This document shows, in pieces, positions 32,682-43,209 of a stretch of 64,000 nucleotides of DNA (positions are counted from its first letter, which is position 1; each line of letters starts with the position of its first letter). The notes beneath the pieces were generated by a model that saw only the letters and a list, made by a program, of their open reading frames with translations, did no database searches and was not told the DNA's origin. The DNA is from Waterburya sp. GTDB lineage: Bacteria; Cyanobacteriota; Cyanobacteriia; Cyanobacteriales; Xenococcaceae. Location of the stretch: contig CBDCJV010000002.1 of the NCBI GenBank assembly GCA_965217895.1, forward strand, positions 2,688,001-2,752,000. Direction: 5' to 3'. The position numbers and the translations under genes are program-made.

Positions 32682-33518
32682 ATGAATGAAAAAGAGCGAT
32701 TAAAGGAGCTTGCTGATTTTCTTCGCACCCGCAGAGCTAAACTTTCACCCGCTCAAGTTGGTTTATTACCAGGATTACGCCGTCGAGTTCCTGGTTTGCG
32801 CCGAGAGGAAGTAGCCGAACTTGCCCAAATAAGCGTTACTTGGTACACATGGTTAGAACAAACAAGATCGGTTAAAGTATCTCCCCAAGCTCTTTCAAGA
32901 ATTGCTCAAGCACTTCAATTAGATCGGCACGAACAAGAGCATTTGTTTTTTTTAGCAGGACAGTCGCCACCACCTTCATCTCTGGCGCAAGAGCAAGTTA
33001 CAGAATCAATTCGACAGGTGTTAGAAAGTTTAGAACCAAACCCCGCTTATCTGGTAGACTTGCGCTGGAATTTGCTGGCGTGGAATCAAGCAGCTATTTC
33101 AGTTTTTGGAGACTTTAGCGTGTTTCCATCATCAGAATGCAATTTAATGTGGTTAGCGTTTACCAACTCAGCCATAAAGGAACTTTTTGTCAACTGGTCG
33201 GACTTTGCACACTGCTTACTTGTTCACTATCGAGCCGATTACGCGCAAAATGCAAGCGATCGCAACTGGAGCGAATTAGCCATAGCACTTCAAAAAGTCA
33301 GTCCTCAGTTTCGCCAGTGCTGGAAGAGTCATGATGTTGCTCGTCCTCATGAAGTACAAGAATTAAATCATCCTATTGTCGGAAAACTGGTGTTAGATTC
33401 GGTTACTTTTCAAGTTTATCCAGCAGCTAATCTACGACTTACCGCCTACACGCCGAAAGCAGGTATAGATAAGTCAAAGTTACAAAAGCTGCAAAAAACT
33501 AAAGAATATAGCGGTTAG
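32682..33518 (+). CDS. XRE-HTH / MmyB-like transcriptional regulator
   Basis: LADFLRTRRAKL, RRRVPGLRREEVAELA, WYTWLEQ, PAYLVDLRWNLLAWN, HPIVG; divergent from the oxidoreductase. Confidence 0.92.
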   Translation: MNEKERLKELADFLRTRRAKLSPAQVGLLPGLRRRVPGLRREEVAELAQISVTWYTWLEQTRSVKVSPQALSRIAQALQLDRHEQEHLFFLAGQSPPPSSLAQEQVTESIRQVLESLEPNPAYLVDLRWNLLAWNQAAISVFGDFSVFPSSECNLMWLAFTNSAIKELFVNWSDFAHCLLVHYRADYAQNASDRNWSELAIALQKVSPQFRQCWKSHDVARPHEVQELNHPIVGKLVLDSVTFQVYPAANLRLTAYTPKAGIDKSKLQKLQKTKEYSG

Positions 33519-33620
33519 TGCGATCGCTTTTATCAGCTTACTTATAACTTTAGTTTCTCACTTATTGGAGGAGTGCGATCGCCTTCTTAATGACTAACTT
33601 AAAATATTTTTTAACTTTGA

Positions 33621-33679
33621 CAACGAGCAAGTTGTTAATGTAGTCTACAATATACTTAAACAACATTTTTGTTGTTTTA
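33621..33679 (+). promoter_or_regulatory. Tandem SufR operators
   Basis: CAAC-N6-GTTG at 33621-33634 and TAAACAAC-N6-GTTGTTTTA at 33657-33679; the cores are 26 bp apart. Confidence 0.8.
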
Positions 33680-33791
33680 ATACCAAACAGTAGCAAGCAA
33701 CATAATTAGTCTTCTCCCTGGTATAGTCTGTCCTAATCAGAGCTTGGGAATTACCCGTAAAAATAGTCAGAAATTGTTTATTTAACAAACA

Positions 33792-34565
33792 ATGAGTCAA
33801 ACAATCTTATCAATACGCAATTTAACAGCCAACGTCGATGGTACGCCAATTCTTAAGGGTGTCAACTTAGAAATTAAGGCAGGTGAAATCCATGCCATTA
33901 TGGGGCGCAATGGCTCAGGAAAAAGCACCTTATCTAAGATTATTGCTGGACATCCTGACTATGAAGTAACTGGTGGAGAAATTATTTATCAGGGTGAAAG
34001 TATTCTTGATAAAGAGCCTGACGAAAGAGCTAATAGCGGTATCTTTTTGGCTTTTCAATACCCTTTAGCAATTCCTGGAGTCAGCAATCTTGACTTTATG
34101 CGAGTGGCATATAACGCCAAGCGTAAATATCAAGGATTAGAAGAAATAGATACTTTCGATTTTGAAGATCTCATCGAAGAAAAGCTAGAAGTAGTGAAAA
34201 TGAATCCTAGTTTTTTAGCCAGAAGCCTAAACGAAGGATTTTCTGGTGGAGAAAAAAAGCGCAACGAAATTCTCCAGATGGCTTTACTTAATCCTACTCT
34301 GACTATCTTAGACGAGATTGATTCAGGTTTAGATATTGATGCTCTAAGAATAGTTTCTGATGGGGTAAATCAGTTAAAAACTCCTGAAAAAGGTTATTTA
34401 TTAATTACTCATTATCAACGTTTACTAGAATACATCGAACCAGATTTTATCCACGTCATGGGGGATGGCAAGATTATCACTAGTGGCGGTAAGGAATTAG
34501 CTTTGGAATTAGAAAGTCGCGGTTACGATTTTCTCGATGATAAGTCGCCTGCGGAGGTTGGATAA
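33792..34565 (+). CDS. sufC: Fe-S cluster assembly ATPase SufC
   Basis: [53 protein letters not shown]. Confidence 0.98.
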   Translation: MSQTILSIRNLTANVDGTPILKGVNLEIKAGEIHAIMGRNGSGKSTLSKIIAGHPDYEVTGGEIIYQGESILDKEPDERANSGIFLAFQYPLAIPGVSNLDFMRVAYNAKRKYQGLEEIDTFDFEDLIEEKLEVVKMNPSFLARSLNEGFSGGEKKRNEILQMALLNPTLTILDEIDSGLDIDALRIVSDGVNQLKTPEKGYLLITHYQRLLEYIEPDFIHVMGDGKIITSGGKELALELESRGYDFLDDKSPAEVG

Positions 34566-35941
34566 TGGCAGTACAGATTCCCTTTGCTACTGTTTCTAAG
34601 CTGCATGAAGCAAAAGTAATCGAAGATATTTTCTTTACAGGTTTATTGCAGCAGTGTCAGGTGCGTGACAATGAATCTAAGTGGTTGCAAAATGTCCGTC
34701 AACAGTCGAAAAACTGGTTGTCTCGTTTATCTGTACCGACAAACAAGGATGAAGACTGGCGTTTTATTGATTTGTCATCCTTGAGCAAAGCAAAATTTGT
34801 AGCAGCACAAAATGTAGTAGGGGTGTTTCGCGAAAGCGGTGCGACCCCGCGTCGACGAAAGGCGCAAGGGAACGCGCACCAAGACACGCCCCTGCCAGAT
34901 ACAGAATCTAGCCGTTTAGTTTATGTCAACGGAATATACAACGCTGAATTATCAAACATATCAGGGTTGCCCACAGGTGTATACTTTGGTGGTTTGGACG
35001 ATTTACCGAAAGACTATGACGCTGCTCAATATTTTGCTCAACAACATGGTGCGGAGGACGCCTTTACAGCATTAAATACCGCAGGTGGTTTAGATGTAGC
35101 GGTGATTTGGACGAGTAAAGATGTGGTAGTAGAAACTCCAATACACCTAGTGTTTATCGCCGATGGCGAATCAGAGTCTATCTTTGCTCAACCTCGTACC
35201 TTAGTTGTAACAGAAAGTGGCTCAAATATTTCTTTAATCGAAGAATATATTGGTACAGGAGAATACTTCACTAACGCTGTTACCGAAGTTTTTGTCAAAG
35301 ATAACGCCAGAGTAAATCATACCCGTCTGCAAGAAGAATCAGCAGCTAGCTTTCATATTGGCAAAACTGCCGTATCTCAAGGGCGTGATAGTCACTATAC
35401 AATTAACGAGATTAATCTGGGCGCAAAACTATTTCGTCATAACCCAGAGGTATTGCAGCAGGGAGAACAAACCGAAAGCAACCTCAATGGTTTGACTGTA
35501 GCTACAAAAGAACAAGTATCTGATACCCATAGTATTATTGCTTTAACTAAACCTCATGGCACTACAAATCAACTGCATAAATGTATTGTAGGCGATCGCG
35601 CTCACACAGTTTTTAACGGTAAGGTATTTGTCCCCAAAGAAGCACAGCTTACGGATGCCACACAGCTAAACCGCAACCTCTTACTTTCTTCTAAAGCTAG
35701 GGTAGACACTAAGCCAGAGTTACAAATTACCGCCGATAACGTAAAGTGCGCTCATGGTGCAACAGTAAGCCAGCTAGAAGCCGAGGAAATTTTCTATCTT
35801 CGTAGTCGTGGTTTAAGTGAATCTGATGCTAACCAATTATTAATCGATGCTTTTGCAGCAGAGATAGTCGATCGCATTCCTCTAGAATCTTTAAGAAACA
35901 GAATTACCCAGACTATCAAACAAAAAGTTATTAACCAATAA
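34565..35941 (+). CDS. sufD: Fe-S cluster assembly protein SufD carrying an in-frame repeat insertion
   Basis: EDWRFIDL, VFNGKVFV, DTKPELQITADNVKCAHGATV, FYLRSRG; foreign segment at about aa 85-111. Confidence 0.96.
   Translation: MAVQIPFATVSKLHEAKVIEDIFFTGLLQQCQVRDNESKWLQNVRQQSKNWLSRLSVPTNKDEDWRFIDLSSLSKAKFVAAQNVVGVFRESGATPRRRKAQGNAHQDTPLPDTESSRLVYVNGIYNAELSNISGLPTGVYFGGLDDLPKDYDAAQYFAQQHGAEDAFTALNTAGGLDVAVIWTSKDVVVETPIHLVFIADGESESIFAQPRTLVVTESGSNISLIEEYIGTGEYFTNAVTEVFVKDNARVNHTRLQEESAASFHIGKTAVSQGRDSHYTINEINLGAKLFRHNPEVLQQGEQTESNLNGLTVATKEQVSDTHSIIALTKPHGTTNQLHKCIVGDRAHTVFNGKVFVPKEAQLTDATQLNRNLLLSSKARVDTKPELQITADNVKCAHGATVSQLEAEEIFYLRSRGLSESDANQLLIDAFAAEIVDRIPLESLRNRITQTIKQKVINQ
34817..34895. 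repeat. Nested REP-like palindrome inside sufD
   Basis: Outer GTAGGGGTGTTTCGCGAA...ACGCCCCTGC with a 51-nt GC-rich inner insert (34835-34885). Confidence 0.8.
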
Positions 35942-35965
35942 CAAATAGCAAAAATTACCCAAAAT

Positions 35966-37228
35966 ATGACTTTTACCCAAGAGAAAACTTTAGGCGATCG
36001 CGTCAGAGGCGACTTCCCGATTTTACATCAGAAGGTTAACGATAATCCCTTGATTTATTTTGATAGTGCTGCCTCTTCTCAAAAACCCCAAGCAGTATTA
36101 GATGTATTGCAACATTATTATCAACAGGATAATGCCAATGTTCACCGTGGGGCGCATACATTAAGTGGGAGGGCGACAGATGCCTATGAAGGGGCAAGAG
36201 ACAAAATTGCTCAGTTTATTAATGCTGCTTCGCGAGAAGAGATTGTTTTTACTCGTAACGCCAGTGAAGCAATCAACTTGGTGGCATATAGTTGGGGACT
36301 AGCTAACCTCAAACCAGGAGACGAGATTATTCTCTCGGTAATGGAACATCACAGCAACATTGTTCCCTGGCAGCTTATCTCTCAGAAAACTGGTGCGATA
36401 CTTAAATATGTCGAACTTACTCCCAACGAAGAGTTTGATTTTGAGCAATACAAGTCTTTGTTGTCAGATAAAACTAAGCTAGTTTCTCTTGTTCATGTTT
36501 CTAATACTTTGGGAGTGATTAATCCAGTAGCAGAAATTACTAAAGAAGCTCATAAATATGGCGCAAAAGTATTAATTGATGCTTGCCAAAGCGTTCCTCA
36601 TCTACCAGTTGATGTTCAGGCAATCGATTGTGATTGGTTAGTAGCATCAGGACATAAGATGTGTGCTACTACAGGGATTGGCTTTCTCTATGGTAAAAAA
36701 GATATCTTGCTAGATATGCCTCCTTTTATGGGTGGTGGAGAAATGATTGACGAGGTATTTCTCGATCATTCTACCTATGGGGATTTACCTCATAAATTTG
36801 AAGCGGGAACTCCTGCTATTGGTGAAGCGATCGCCCTTGGTGCAGCAATAGATTATCTTAATAACATAGGCATGGATAAGATTCACGCTTATGAAGAAGA
36901 GTTGACTGCCTACTTATTTAAGCAATTAGAAACAATTCCTAACCTCAGAATCTACGGTAATAAACCTACCCTAGAAGGTAAAGGCAGAGCAGCTTTAGCA
37001 GCTTTTAACGTGCCAGGAATACACGCCAGCGACTTAGCAACTCTGTTAGATCATGAAGGTATTGCCATTCGCTCAGGACATCACTGTACCCAACCACTAC
37101 ACCGTATTTTTAATGCTTCTGGTAGCGCAAGAGCTAGTCTATATTTTTACAACACCCGCGAAGAAATTGATGCTTTTATTACGGCTTTGAAAAGTACGAT
37201 TGATTTTTTTAATAGTATGAATGAGTAA
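35966..37228 (+). CDS. sufS: Cysteine desulfurase SufS
   Basis: [37 protein letters not shown]. Confidence 0.97.
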   Translation: MTFTQEKTLGDRVRGDFPILHQKVNDNPLIYFDSAASSQKPQAVLDVLQHYYQQDNANVHRGAHTLSGRATDAYEGARDKIAQFINAASREEIVFTRNASEAINLVAYSWGLANLKPGDEIILSVMEHHSNIVPWQLISQKTGAILKYVELTPNEEFDFEQYKSLLSDKTKLVSLVHVSNTLGVINPVAEITKEAHKYGAKVLIDACQSVPHLPVDVQAIDCDWLVASGHKMCATTGIGFLYGKKDILLDMPPFMGGGEMIDEVFLDHSTYGDLPHKFEAGTPAIGEAIALGAAIDYLNNIGMDKIHAYEEELTAYLFKQLETIPNLRIYGNKPTLEGKGRAALAAFNVPGIHASDLATLLDHEGIAIRSGHHCTQPLHRIFNASGSARASLYFYNTREEIDAFITALKSTIDFFNSMNE

Positions 37229-37256
37229 GTAGCAAGCAGCTAATATTAAAAGTGAT

Positions 37257-37393
37257 GGCGTTGCTGAATGTGTAATGCTAAAAAGATATTTAGCTTATTT
37301 ATTAAGTAGTGATGATTTCTTAAAAGCTTACAGCTTACAGCTTACAGCTATGAACAGTCATCCTTTGTACGACATTACTTAATCAGCAACGCC
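37257..37393. mobile_element. MITE, copy 1 (GGCGTTGCTGA TIR, 8-bp TSD)
   Basis: TIR GGCGTTGCTGA/TCAGCAACGCC; perfect TSD AAAGTGAT at 37249-37256 and 37394-37401; internal (AGCTTAC)3. Confidence 0.9.
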
Positions 37394-37567
37394 AAAGTGA
37401 TTAAATTAGACACGCGATAAAAAGAATTATACTGATCCATACATGAATATATTTGTTGTACGTAAATATTTTCATAGTTTAATTGTAGACTTTGAATATC
37501 TATAATATTCCCAGTCTGAGAAGGTTTCTTTTCTACAAATTTGTGAAAAATGATTACTAGTAATTAT

Positions 37568-38032
37568 TTAGTCTTGAGGTAAATAGTCAGGATTCAGAGC
37601 TTCTGAAGGGGTAAAAGGTGAAAGAGTAGGAAAAGTATCAACAGGTAATCCTGTCTCATCGGCAGCTTGTTCTCTTCCGTCTTGGTAACATTGCTTAAAA
37701 ACTTCTTCAAAGTAAGGTTTTAAGCTTGGGCTGGTTTGAAAATCATCTCTTAATCTGCGTCGATGCTCTCTAATACTGGATTTCCAGCTATTCGTTCTTT
37801 TAGTTGGTTGATATTTATATTTGAGCAAATGAAGCAGCACAATGACCAAATTACTTTTGACTGCCCGTTTCTCACTTCTGCCCATGTCTTCAATTTCTTC
37901 AATTAAATTGGCTGTATCTATCTGGGAAAATTTACCTTCCTTGATTAGTTGGGCAGTATGAGACAACCAAAGATAATAATCGCGATCATAAAGATCTGTC
38001 GTATTAGTATTAGTTGATAATTGAGTAGTCAT
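37568..38032 (-). CDS. DUF29 family protein
   Basis: LYDRDYYLW, NLIEEIEDMGRSE, LLHLLKYKYQP, SWKSSIREHR, SPSLK. Confidence 0.92.
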   Translation of the reverse strand: MTTQLSTNTNTTDLYDRDYYLWLSHTAQLIKEGKFSQIDTANLIEEIEDMGRSEKRAVKSNLVIVLLHLLKYKYQPTKRTNSWKSSIREHRRRLRDDFQTSPSLKPYFEEVFKQCYQDGREQAADETGLPVDTFPTLSPFTPSEALNPDYLPQD

Positions 38033-38347
38033 GTTAATAAGCTCTTTTTAAAAGTATTTTTGTATTATTTGAATAAATTATTTACTAATTTCTTGTTAAC
38101 CTAGCATTTACAAAAGCGTTAAGTAAGATTCAGCTTTAATAGCTAAGGCTCTAAGGACAAACCTTTTAGATTTTGATTTACTTTAGTTAAACGATAGAAC
38201 AGTTAAAAAGCGCGATCGCATTGATGATTTGTCAAAATTTTGTCAATACTGACATAACAATGACATAGCTATGAAAGAAGTGCTTGCTAACTTAAGACAA
38301 TAAATCATTTTTGGTTGTTAAGCTTTTTATTTTTTGGGATAGAAACT

Positions 38348-38530
38348 ATGAATACTTGTATTTGCTGTTCCTATAATTTACTGCTTCATCTTCGTTTCCA
38401 TAACCTTTACTGGTATTGTCAACACTGTCGTTCAAAATTCAATAGCTTTTCAACCATTTGTCAGCAATCAAAATCATTTAAGTCAGAGCAAATTCAATCT
38501 CATAGCTCATGTTTAATTTCTGCACAATAA
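38348..38530 (+). CDS. Small Cys-rich (zinc-ribbon-like) protein
   Basis: MNTCICCS...LYWYCQHCR with two Cys pairs; ends 18 bp before the glycosyltransferase. Confidence 0.7.
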   Translation: MNTCICCSYNLLLHLRFHNLYWYCQHCRSKFNSFSTICQQSKSFKSEQIQSHSSCLISAQ

Positions 38531-38548
38531 TTATTAATATTTATAACG

Positions 38549-39832
38549 ATGAATCCACCTCAAACAATTGCTTTAATTTCAGTTTATAGCGATCCTGCTG
38601 CGGAAGTTGGCAGTCAAAATGTATATGTGCGATCCTTAGCAGAAGCTTTATCTCGTTTGGGATGGCAAATAGATATATTTACCCGCAAAACCGATGTTGC
38701 CCAAGCAAACATAGTACAGCATAGTCCTAAGTGTCGAACTATTCGCCTAACCGCTGGGGTAATGCAATATATCCCACAACAACAATTAATTGGTTACTTA
38801 CCAGAATTTCTCAAACAACTACGTCAGTTTCAACTAATTAACAGAATTCAGTATCGTTTAATTCATACTAATTATTGGCTATCGGCTTGGGTAGGCATGG
38901 AACTTAAGAAAACCCAGCCTCTCAAACACGTCCATACTTATCATTCTCTTGGTGCTGTAAAATATGCTCATGCTAACAATCTGACTAATATTGTCAAGAC
39001 TCGTTTAGCAATAGAAAAAGCTTGTTTGGAAACAGCCGATTTAAGTATTGCCACTTGCCCTCAGCAAAAAGAATATCTCCAAGAATTAGTTTCTACTAAA
39101 GGTAACATCGAGATTGTCCCCTGCGCTACGGATACTAGAATATTTGGCTCTGTTGCCCATGAAACAGCCAGACAAAAACTAAGAATTGAGCCTGATATAT
39201 TCAATATTCTTTATGTTGGCAGGTTCAATCATCGTCAGGGATTAGAAACTCTTTTGAAAGCAGTCAGCAAACCCTGTTTACACAGCGGTAATAATATTCG
39301 TCTGACTTTAGTTAACAATTCCCATCGCTATTCTCATCATCAGCTAGAAAGAAAACGAATTGAGAAACGGGTGCGGGATTTAAGCATTGAGAATATTACT
39401 ACTTTTAGAGAACGACTCAGTCGAGAAAAATTAGCGGTATGCTATGCTGCTGCGGATGTCTGTGTAGTGCCTAGTCATTATAATCCTTTGGGAATGGTGG
39501 CAATTGAAGCTATGGCAAGTGGGACATCTGTAATTGCTTCTAATGCAGATAGTTTGAAATACGTGGTTCAACATGAACAAACAGGTTTACTATTTCCTGC
39601 TCGAAATTCGTTTGTCTTGAGTAAGGCAATTTTCCGCTTGATGAACGAACCTGAATGGAGATTAAAGTTAAGCGTTTTTGCCAGAGAAAGAGTTTATGAA
39701 TTATTTGACTGGGATGGCGTGGCTAATCAATTGGGAGAATTTTATCTAGAATTGATTACTTCACAGGATATAAATATACCAAACAAATCGTTAAAATATT
39801 CAGTTCAACCTGTAGGAGTTTCAGTATATTAG
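38549..39832 (+). CDS. GT4 glycosyltransferase (MshA/sucrose-phosphate-synthase-like), degenerate active site
   Basis: QNVYV, IHTNYWLSAWVG, HTYHSLG, YAAADVCVVPSHYNPLGMVAIEAMASG. Confidence 0.88.
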   Translation: MNPPQTIALISVYSDPAAEVGSQNVYVRSLAEALSRLGWQIDIFTRKTDVAQANIVQHSPKCRTIRLTAGVMQYIPQQQLIGYLPEFLKQLRQFQLINRIQYRLIHTNYWLSAWVGMELKKTQPLKHVHTYHSLGAVKYAHANNLTNIVKTRLAIEKACLETADLSIATCPQQKEYLQELVSTKGNIEIVPCATDTRIFGSVAHETARQKLRIEPDIFNILYVGRFNHRQGLETLLKAVSKPCLHSGNNIRLTLVNNSHRYSHHQLERKRIEKRVRDLSIENITTFRERLSREKLAVCYAAADVCVVPSHYNPLGMVAIEAMASGTSVIASNADSLKYVVQHEQTGLLFPARNSFVLSKAIFRLMNEPEWRLKLSVFARERVYELFDWDGVANQLGEFYLELITSQDINIPNKSLKYSVQPVGVSVY

Positions 39833-40017
39833 ACTTTTGGCAAACTTGCTAATCTAGAAGGATTTGTTAAGTATTACTGCATTCATTTTTGTTAATTCAG
39901 ATTATTAAAGCAAGAAAAAGATAAAATTGATGCTGCAATCTTGAGCAATATTTATTAGGCTAATTAGTAAACTGATCTACTTAAGTTTGTCCTTTAGTCC
40001 TAAAAATAAAATACCTT

Positions 40018-41214
40018 ATGATTGAGCAGATTAAATCTCAATATTCAATAGCTTGGGTGTCTCAAATTGCCGAAATTCCTCAACCAGATTGGGATAAGTT
40101 GGCAAAGCCTTTAAATACTCCTTTTCTTGAATGGGAATGGTTAAATAACATTGAAACTTCTGGTAGCGCGACTGCCCGTACAGGTTGGCAACCGTGCCAT
40201 TTAGCACTGTGGCGCGACGCTCAGCTAATTGGTGCAGCACCACTATATATTAAAGGTCATAGCTACGGTGAATTTGTCTTTGACCATCAGTGGGCAGATT
40301 TATCCCATCGCTTGGGCATTGAGTATTATCCAAAATTATTGGGTATGACCCCCTTTACTCCTGCCGTCGGCTATCGCTTCTTAATTGCCCCTGGAGAAGA
40401 TGAAGAGATGCTGACAGAGATTATGATAGCAGCAATTGATAATTTTTGCGATCGCCATCGTCTTTCGGGCTGTAATTTCTTATTTGTCGATCCTGACTGG
40501 GGCGCAATGATGGAAAAAAACGGTTTTCATAGCTGGCTACACCATGGCTATATTTGGTCAAATCATGATTTCAAAAGCTTTGACGACTATCTCAAAATGT
40601 TTAATAGTAATCAGCGCAAAAATATTAAGCGTGAGCGAAAAGCCGTTGTTAAAGCTGGTTTGTATACTAAAACTTATGTCGGTTCAGAAATTCCACGTCA
40701 TCTATATTCTGAGATTTATCGCTTCTATAATAGTACCTGCAATAAATTTTACTGGGGAAGCAAATATTTAACCCGTAAGTTTTTTGAACAGCTCGCTCCC
40801 AACTACAGCGATCGCCTTGTATTAATTGTGGCATATACTGAGCATGACGATCAAAAACCTGTGGGTATGTCGTTTTGTCTTCGCAAAGGTAAAAATTTAT
40901 ATGGACGCTATTGGGGCTGTGACGAGGAATATGATTGTCTCCATTTTGAAGCCTGTTATTACAAACCTATTGAATGGGCAATAGCCAACGGTATTCAAAT
41001 GTATGATCCAGGCGCAGGAGGTAGGCACAAAAAAAGAAGAGGCTTTCCCGCAACAGCCAATTATAGTTTGCACCGTTTTTACAACGGTCGTATGGCTAAA
41101 ATTCTGCGTAATTACATTGGCGAGATGAATCGCGGTTCACAAGCAGAAATTACTGCTATTAATGAAGATTTGCCCTTCAACAAACAACTGCCTTTAAGTT
41201 TTGAGGTAAATTAA
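40018..41214 (+). CDS. GNAT/FemAB-like (DUF482) protein
   Basis: KGHSYGEFVFDHQWA, YYPKL, LYGRYWG, LHFEACYY, GAGGRHKKRRGF. Confidence 0.9.
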   Translation: MIEQIKSQYSIAWVSQIAEIPQPDWDKLAKPLNTPFLEWEWLNNIETSGSATARTGWQPCHLALWRDAQLIGAAPLYIKGHSYGEFVFDHQWADLSHRLGIEYYPKLLGMTPFTPAVGYRFLIAPGEDEEMLTEIMIAAIDNFCDRHRLSGCNFLFVDPDWGAMMEKNGFHSWLHHGYIWSNHDFKSFDDYLKMFNSNQRKNIKRERKAVVKAGLYTKTYVGSEIPRHLYSEIYRFYNSTCNKFYWGSKYLTRKFFEQLAPNYSDRLVLIVAYTEHDDQKPVGMSFCLRKGKNLYGRYWGCDEEYDCLHFEACYYKPIEWAIANGIQMYDPGAGGRHKKRRGFPATANYSLHRFYNGRMAKILRNYIGEMNRGSQAEITAINEDLPFNKQLPLSFEVN

Positions 41215-41337
41215 TTAAAATTAACAAGATCGGCTATTAAAGGCAACTGAACTATTTTTTGAGATGCTTGCTAAAATCTCATTGATAAAAAATGGTGAGC
41301 TATATCTAGATAACCCACCTTAATAACTTTACCAACT

Positions 41338-41473
41338 GTCACAGATTGCTCTGTCCGTTTAGGAGTCCACTTTGCCTGGGGTGTCCCCAGGCATTTATGA
41401 GCGTGGGCTATGCCGAACTTGGTTTCGCATCTAGAACCACGCTGTTGTGGGACGTGGAGGAGTAATCTGTGAC
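41338..41473. repeat. Long hairpin 3' of sodN filled with nested GC-rich micro-elements
   Basis: Outer GTCACAGATTGCTC / GAGTAATCTGTGAC; inner TGCCTGGGG-TGT-CCCCAGGCA and AGCGTGG/CCACGCT; blocks shared with 59601-59646. Confidence 0.75.
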
Positions 41474-41505
41474 TTACTAATTTTCCTAGGGAAATTCAAT
41501 AAGTT

Positions 41506-41982
41506 CTAGCTAGCTTTGACAAAGCTAACGTCACGTTCTTTAGTTGCCCAAAACATTTCATGGATTTTTTTAACTGCTTCCATTAATTCATTGGCGTGTT
41601 CTGTGCTTACTTCTACTTTACAAGCAGAACAGAGTTTAGCAGCTTTCCAAAAAGTATCGTGAAGATCGGGATATTTCTCCAAATGCACAGGCTTAAAGTA
41701 GTCTGTCCAGAGAATTAATAAATCTTCCTTGGTTTTTTGAGCCTGCTCTTCTTTGATTGCTACATAGCGAGAAAGAGTATTGTGGTAAGCAATATTAGCA
41801 GCTTTATCCTCATGAGGAGGAGCTTCCATATCCATAATTTTCTTAGTCATCGAAACCACAGCCTCAGCCGTAATACGCGCCGAAGCGGGATCGTACACAC
41901 CACAAGGACCATCACAATGAGCATGAACTGCGGGTGCAGGAGAGAAATTTTTGACCTGGGCAATGACTTGTTTTAGTATCAT
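41506..41982 (-). CDS. sodN: Nickel superoxide dismutase precursor
   Basis: Ni-hook HCDGPCGVYD after an N-terminal propeptide; LWTDYFK. Confidence 0.97.
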   Translation of the reverse strand: MILKQVIAQVKNFSPAPAVHAHCDGPCGVYDPASARITAEAVVSMTKKIMDMEAPPHEDKAANIAYHNTLSRYVAIKEEQAQKTKEDLLILWTDYFKPVHLEKYPDLHDTFWKAAKLCSACKVEVSTEHANELMEAVKKIHEMFWATKERDVSFVKAS

Positions 41983-42284
41983 AATTTATGGTGTTCTTTG
42001 TTTTAGAATGCGATAAGTGCGATCTTGGTTATTTAAAGCAGAAATAATTTTAAATGAGGGTTGTAGGAAGTACAAAAGATATAGATCGCAATTATATATT
42101 TTGTTCCTATCTCAACTTAAGCTTAGTTTGATTCAGGGTTAGTTTGCAAGAGAAGAAATCTGTGGTTGTTGGTCAGACTATTTGTTGCTGACAGGATTAA
42201 CTTTGTTTAAGGTTGCTGCTTGAGAATCACACTTGTTTTTAGAAAATTAAGAAAACATCAAAAAAACGTTTTTCTTAAACTGTA

Positions 42285-42373
42285 CGGAGAGGGGGGGATT
42301 CGAACCCCCGATGAAGTTTACACCCCATAACTCCTTAGCAGGGAGCCGCTTTCAACCGCTCAGCCACCTCTCC
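42285..42373 (-). tRNA. tRNA-Ser(GCT)
   Basis: GGAGAGG acceptor stem, anticodon arm CTCC-CTGCTAA-GGAG, long variable arm, GGTTCGAATCC. Confidence 0.95.
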
Positions 42374-42647
42374 TTAAACACATCGATTTAGAATTATAAC
42401 AGATTTATTTGAGCTAGGAAGTAAATATGAATTAGGTTGCTAAAATTAAATTATTATTTAAGATGCGAGATTATCGACCGTTGCTTTTACTCTGGCAGCT
42501 TTAGCAACTCTTAAAGCCCAAAAAGCTGACAATTGCCGATAAATAAGTAATTTTGCTGTATACCTCCATAAAATTAAAACATATAGCATAATGGATCAGG
42601 TAAAATGCTCAATCTAAAAAATTAATTTATTGATTAAGGTTAAACGA

Positions 42648-43028
42648 ATGGAAAAAATGGGAACTCATCTGGTTGTAGATGCTTGGCAAGCACCAGCTGA
42701 ATTACTCAACAATCCCGAAGCTATCAAACAAGGATTATTAGAAGCTATCAAAGCAGGAGAAGTGACTTTAATTGATCTGTGTGTTCATCAATTTAGTCCT
42801 CATGGTGTAACCGCTACAGCAACCCTGGCAGAGTCTCATATTGCTATTCATACTTGGCCCGAATACGGTTATTTTGCAGCAGATTTATTTTTTTGTGGTG
42901 CAGGAAAACCTAAAGTAGCCATAAAAATTTTGCAAACAGCACTACAGGCAAAACAAGTGAGAATGCGCGAGCTTGAAAGAGGATTCATCCCTAGCGTTTT
43001 AAATCCCGTCGGTTCTTTAGAACTTTAA
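42648..43028 (+). CDS. speD: S-adenosylmethionine decarboxylase proenzyme
   Basis: GTHLVVD, HQFSPHGVT, LAESHIAIHTWPE, DLFFCG. Confidence 0.92.
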   Translation: MEKMGTHLVVDAWQAPAELLNNPEAIKQGLLEAIKAGEVTLIDLCVHQFSPHGVTATATLAESHIAIHTWPEYGYFAADLFFCGAGKPKVAIKILQTALQAKQVRMRELERGFIPSVLNPVGSLEL

Positions 43029-43209
43029 TCTATTGTTTAGTTTAGTTAAGCAGTGGTTGCTATTTGTTGGGCTAAGCCAATTGGAGTCAATAATAGTCAA
43101 ATCTAAAATTATCTGCCAATTAACGGATATATATCCAGTTAAGCAGCCATAATAGAAATTAGGTTACAGCAATCACAACTAGCACTTCCGCAGACTTATC
43201 TAGCTCAAT

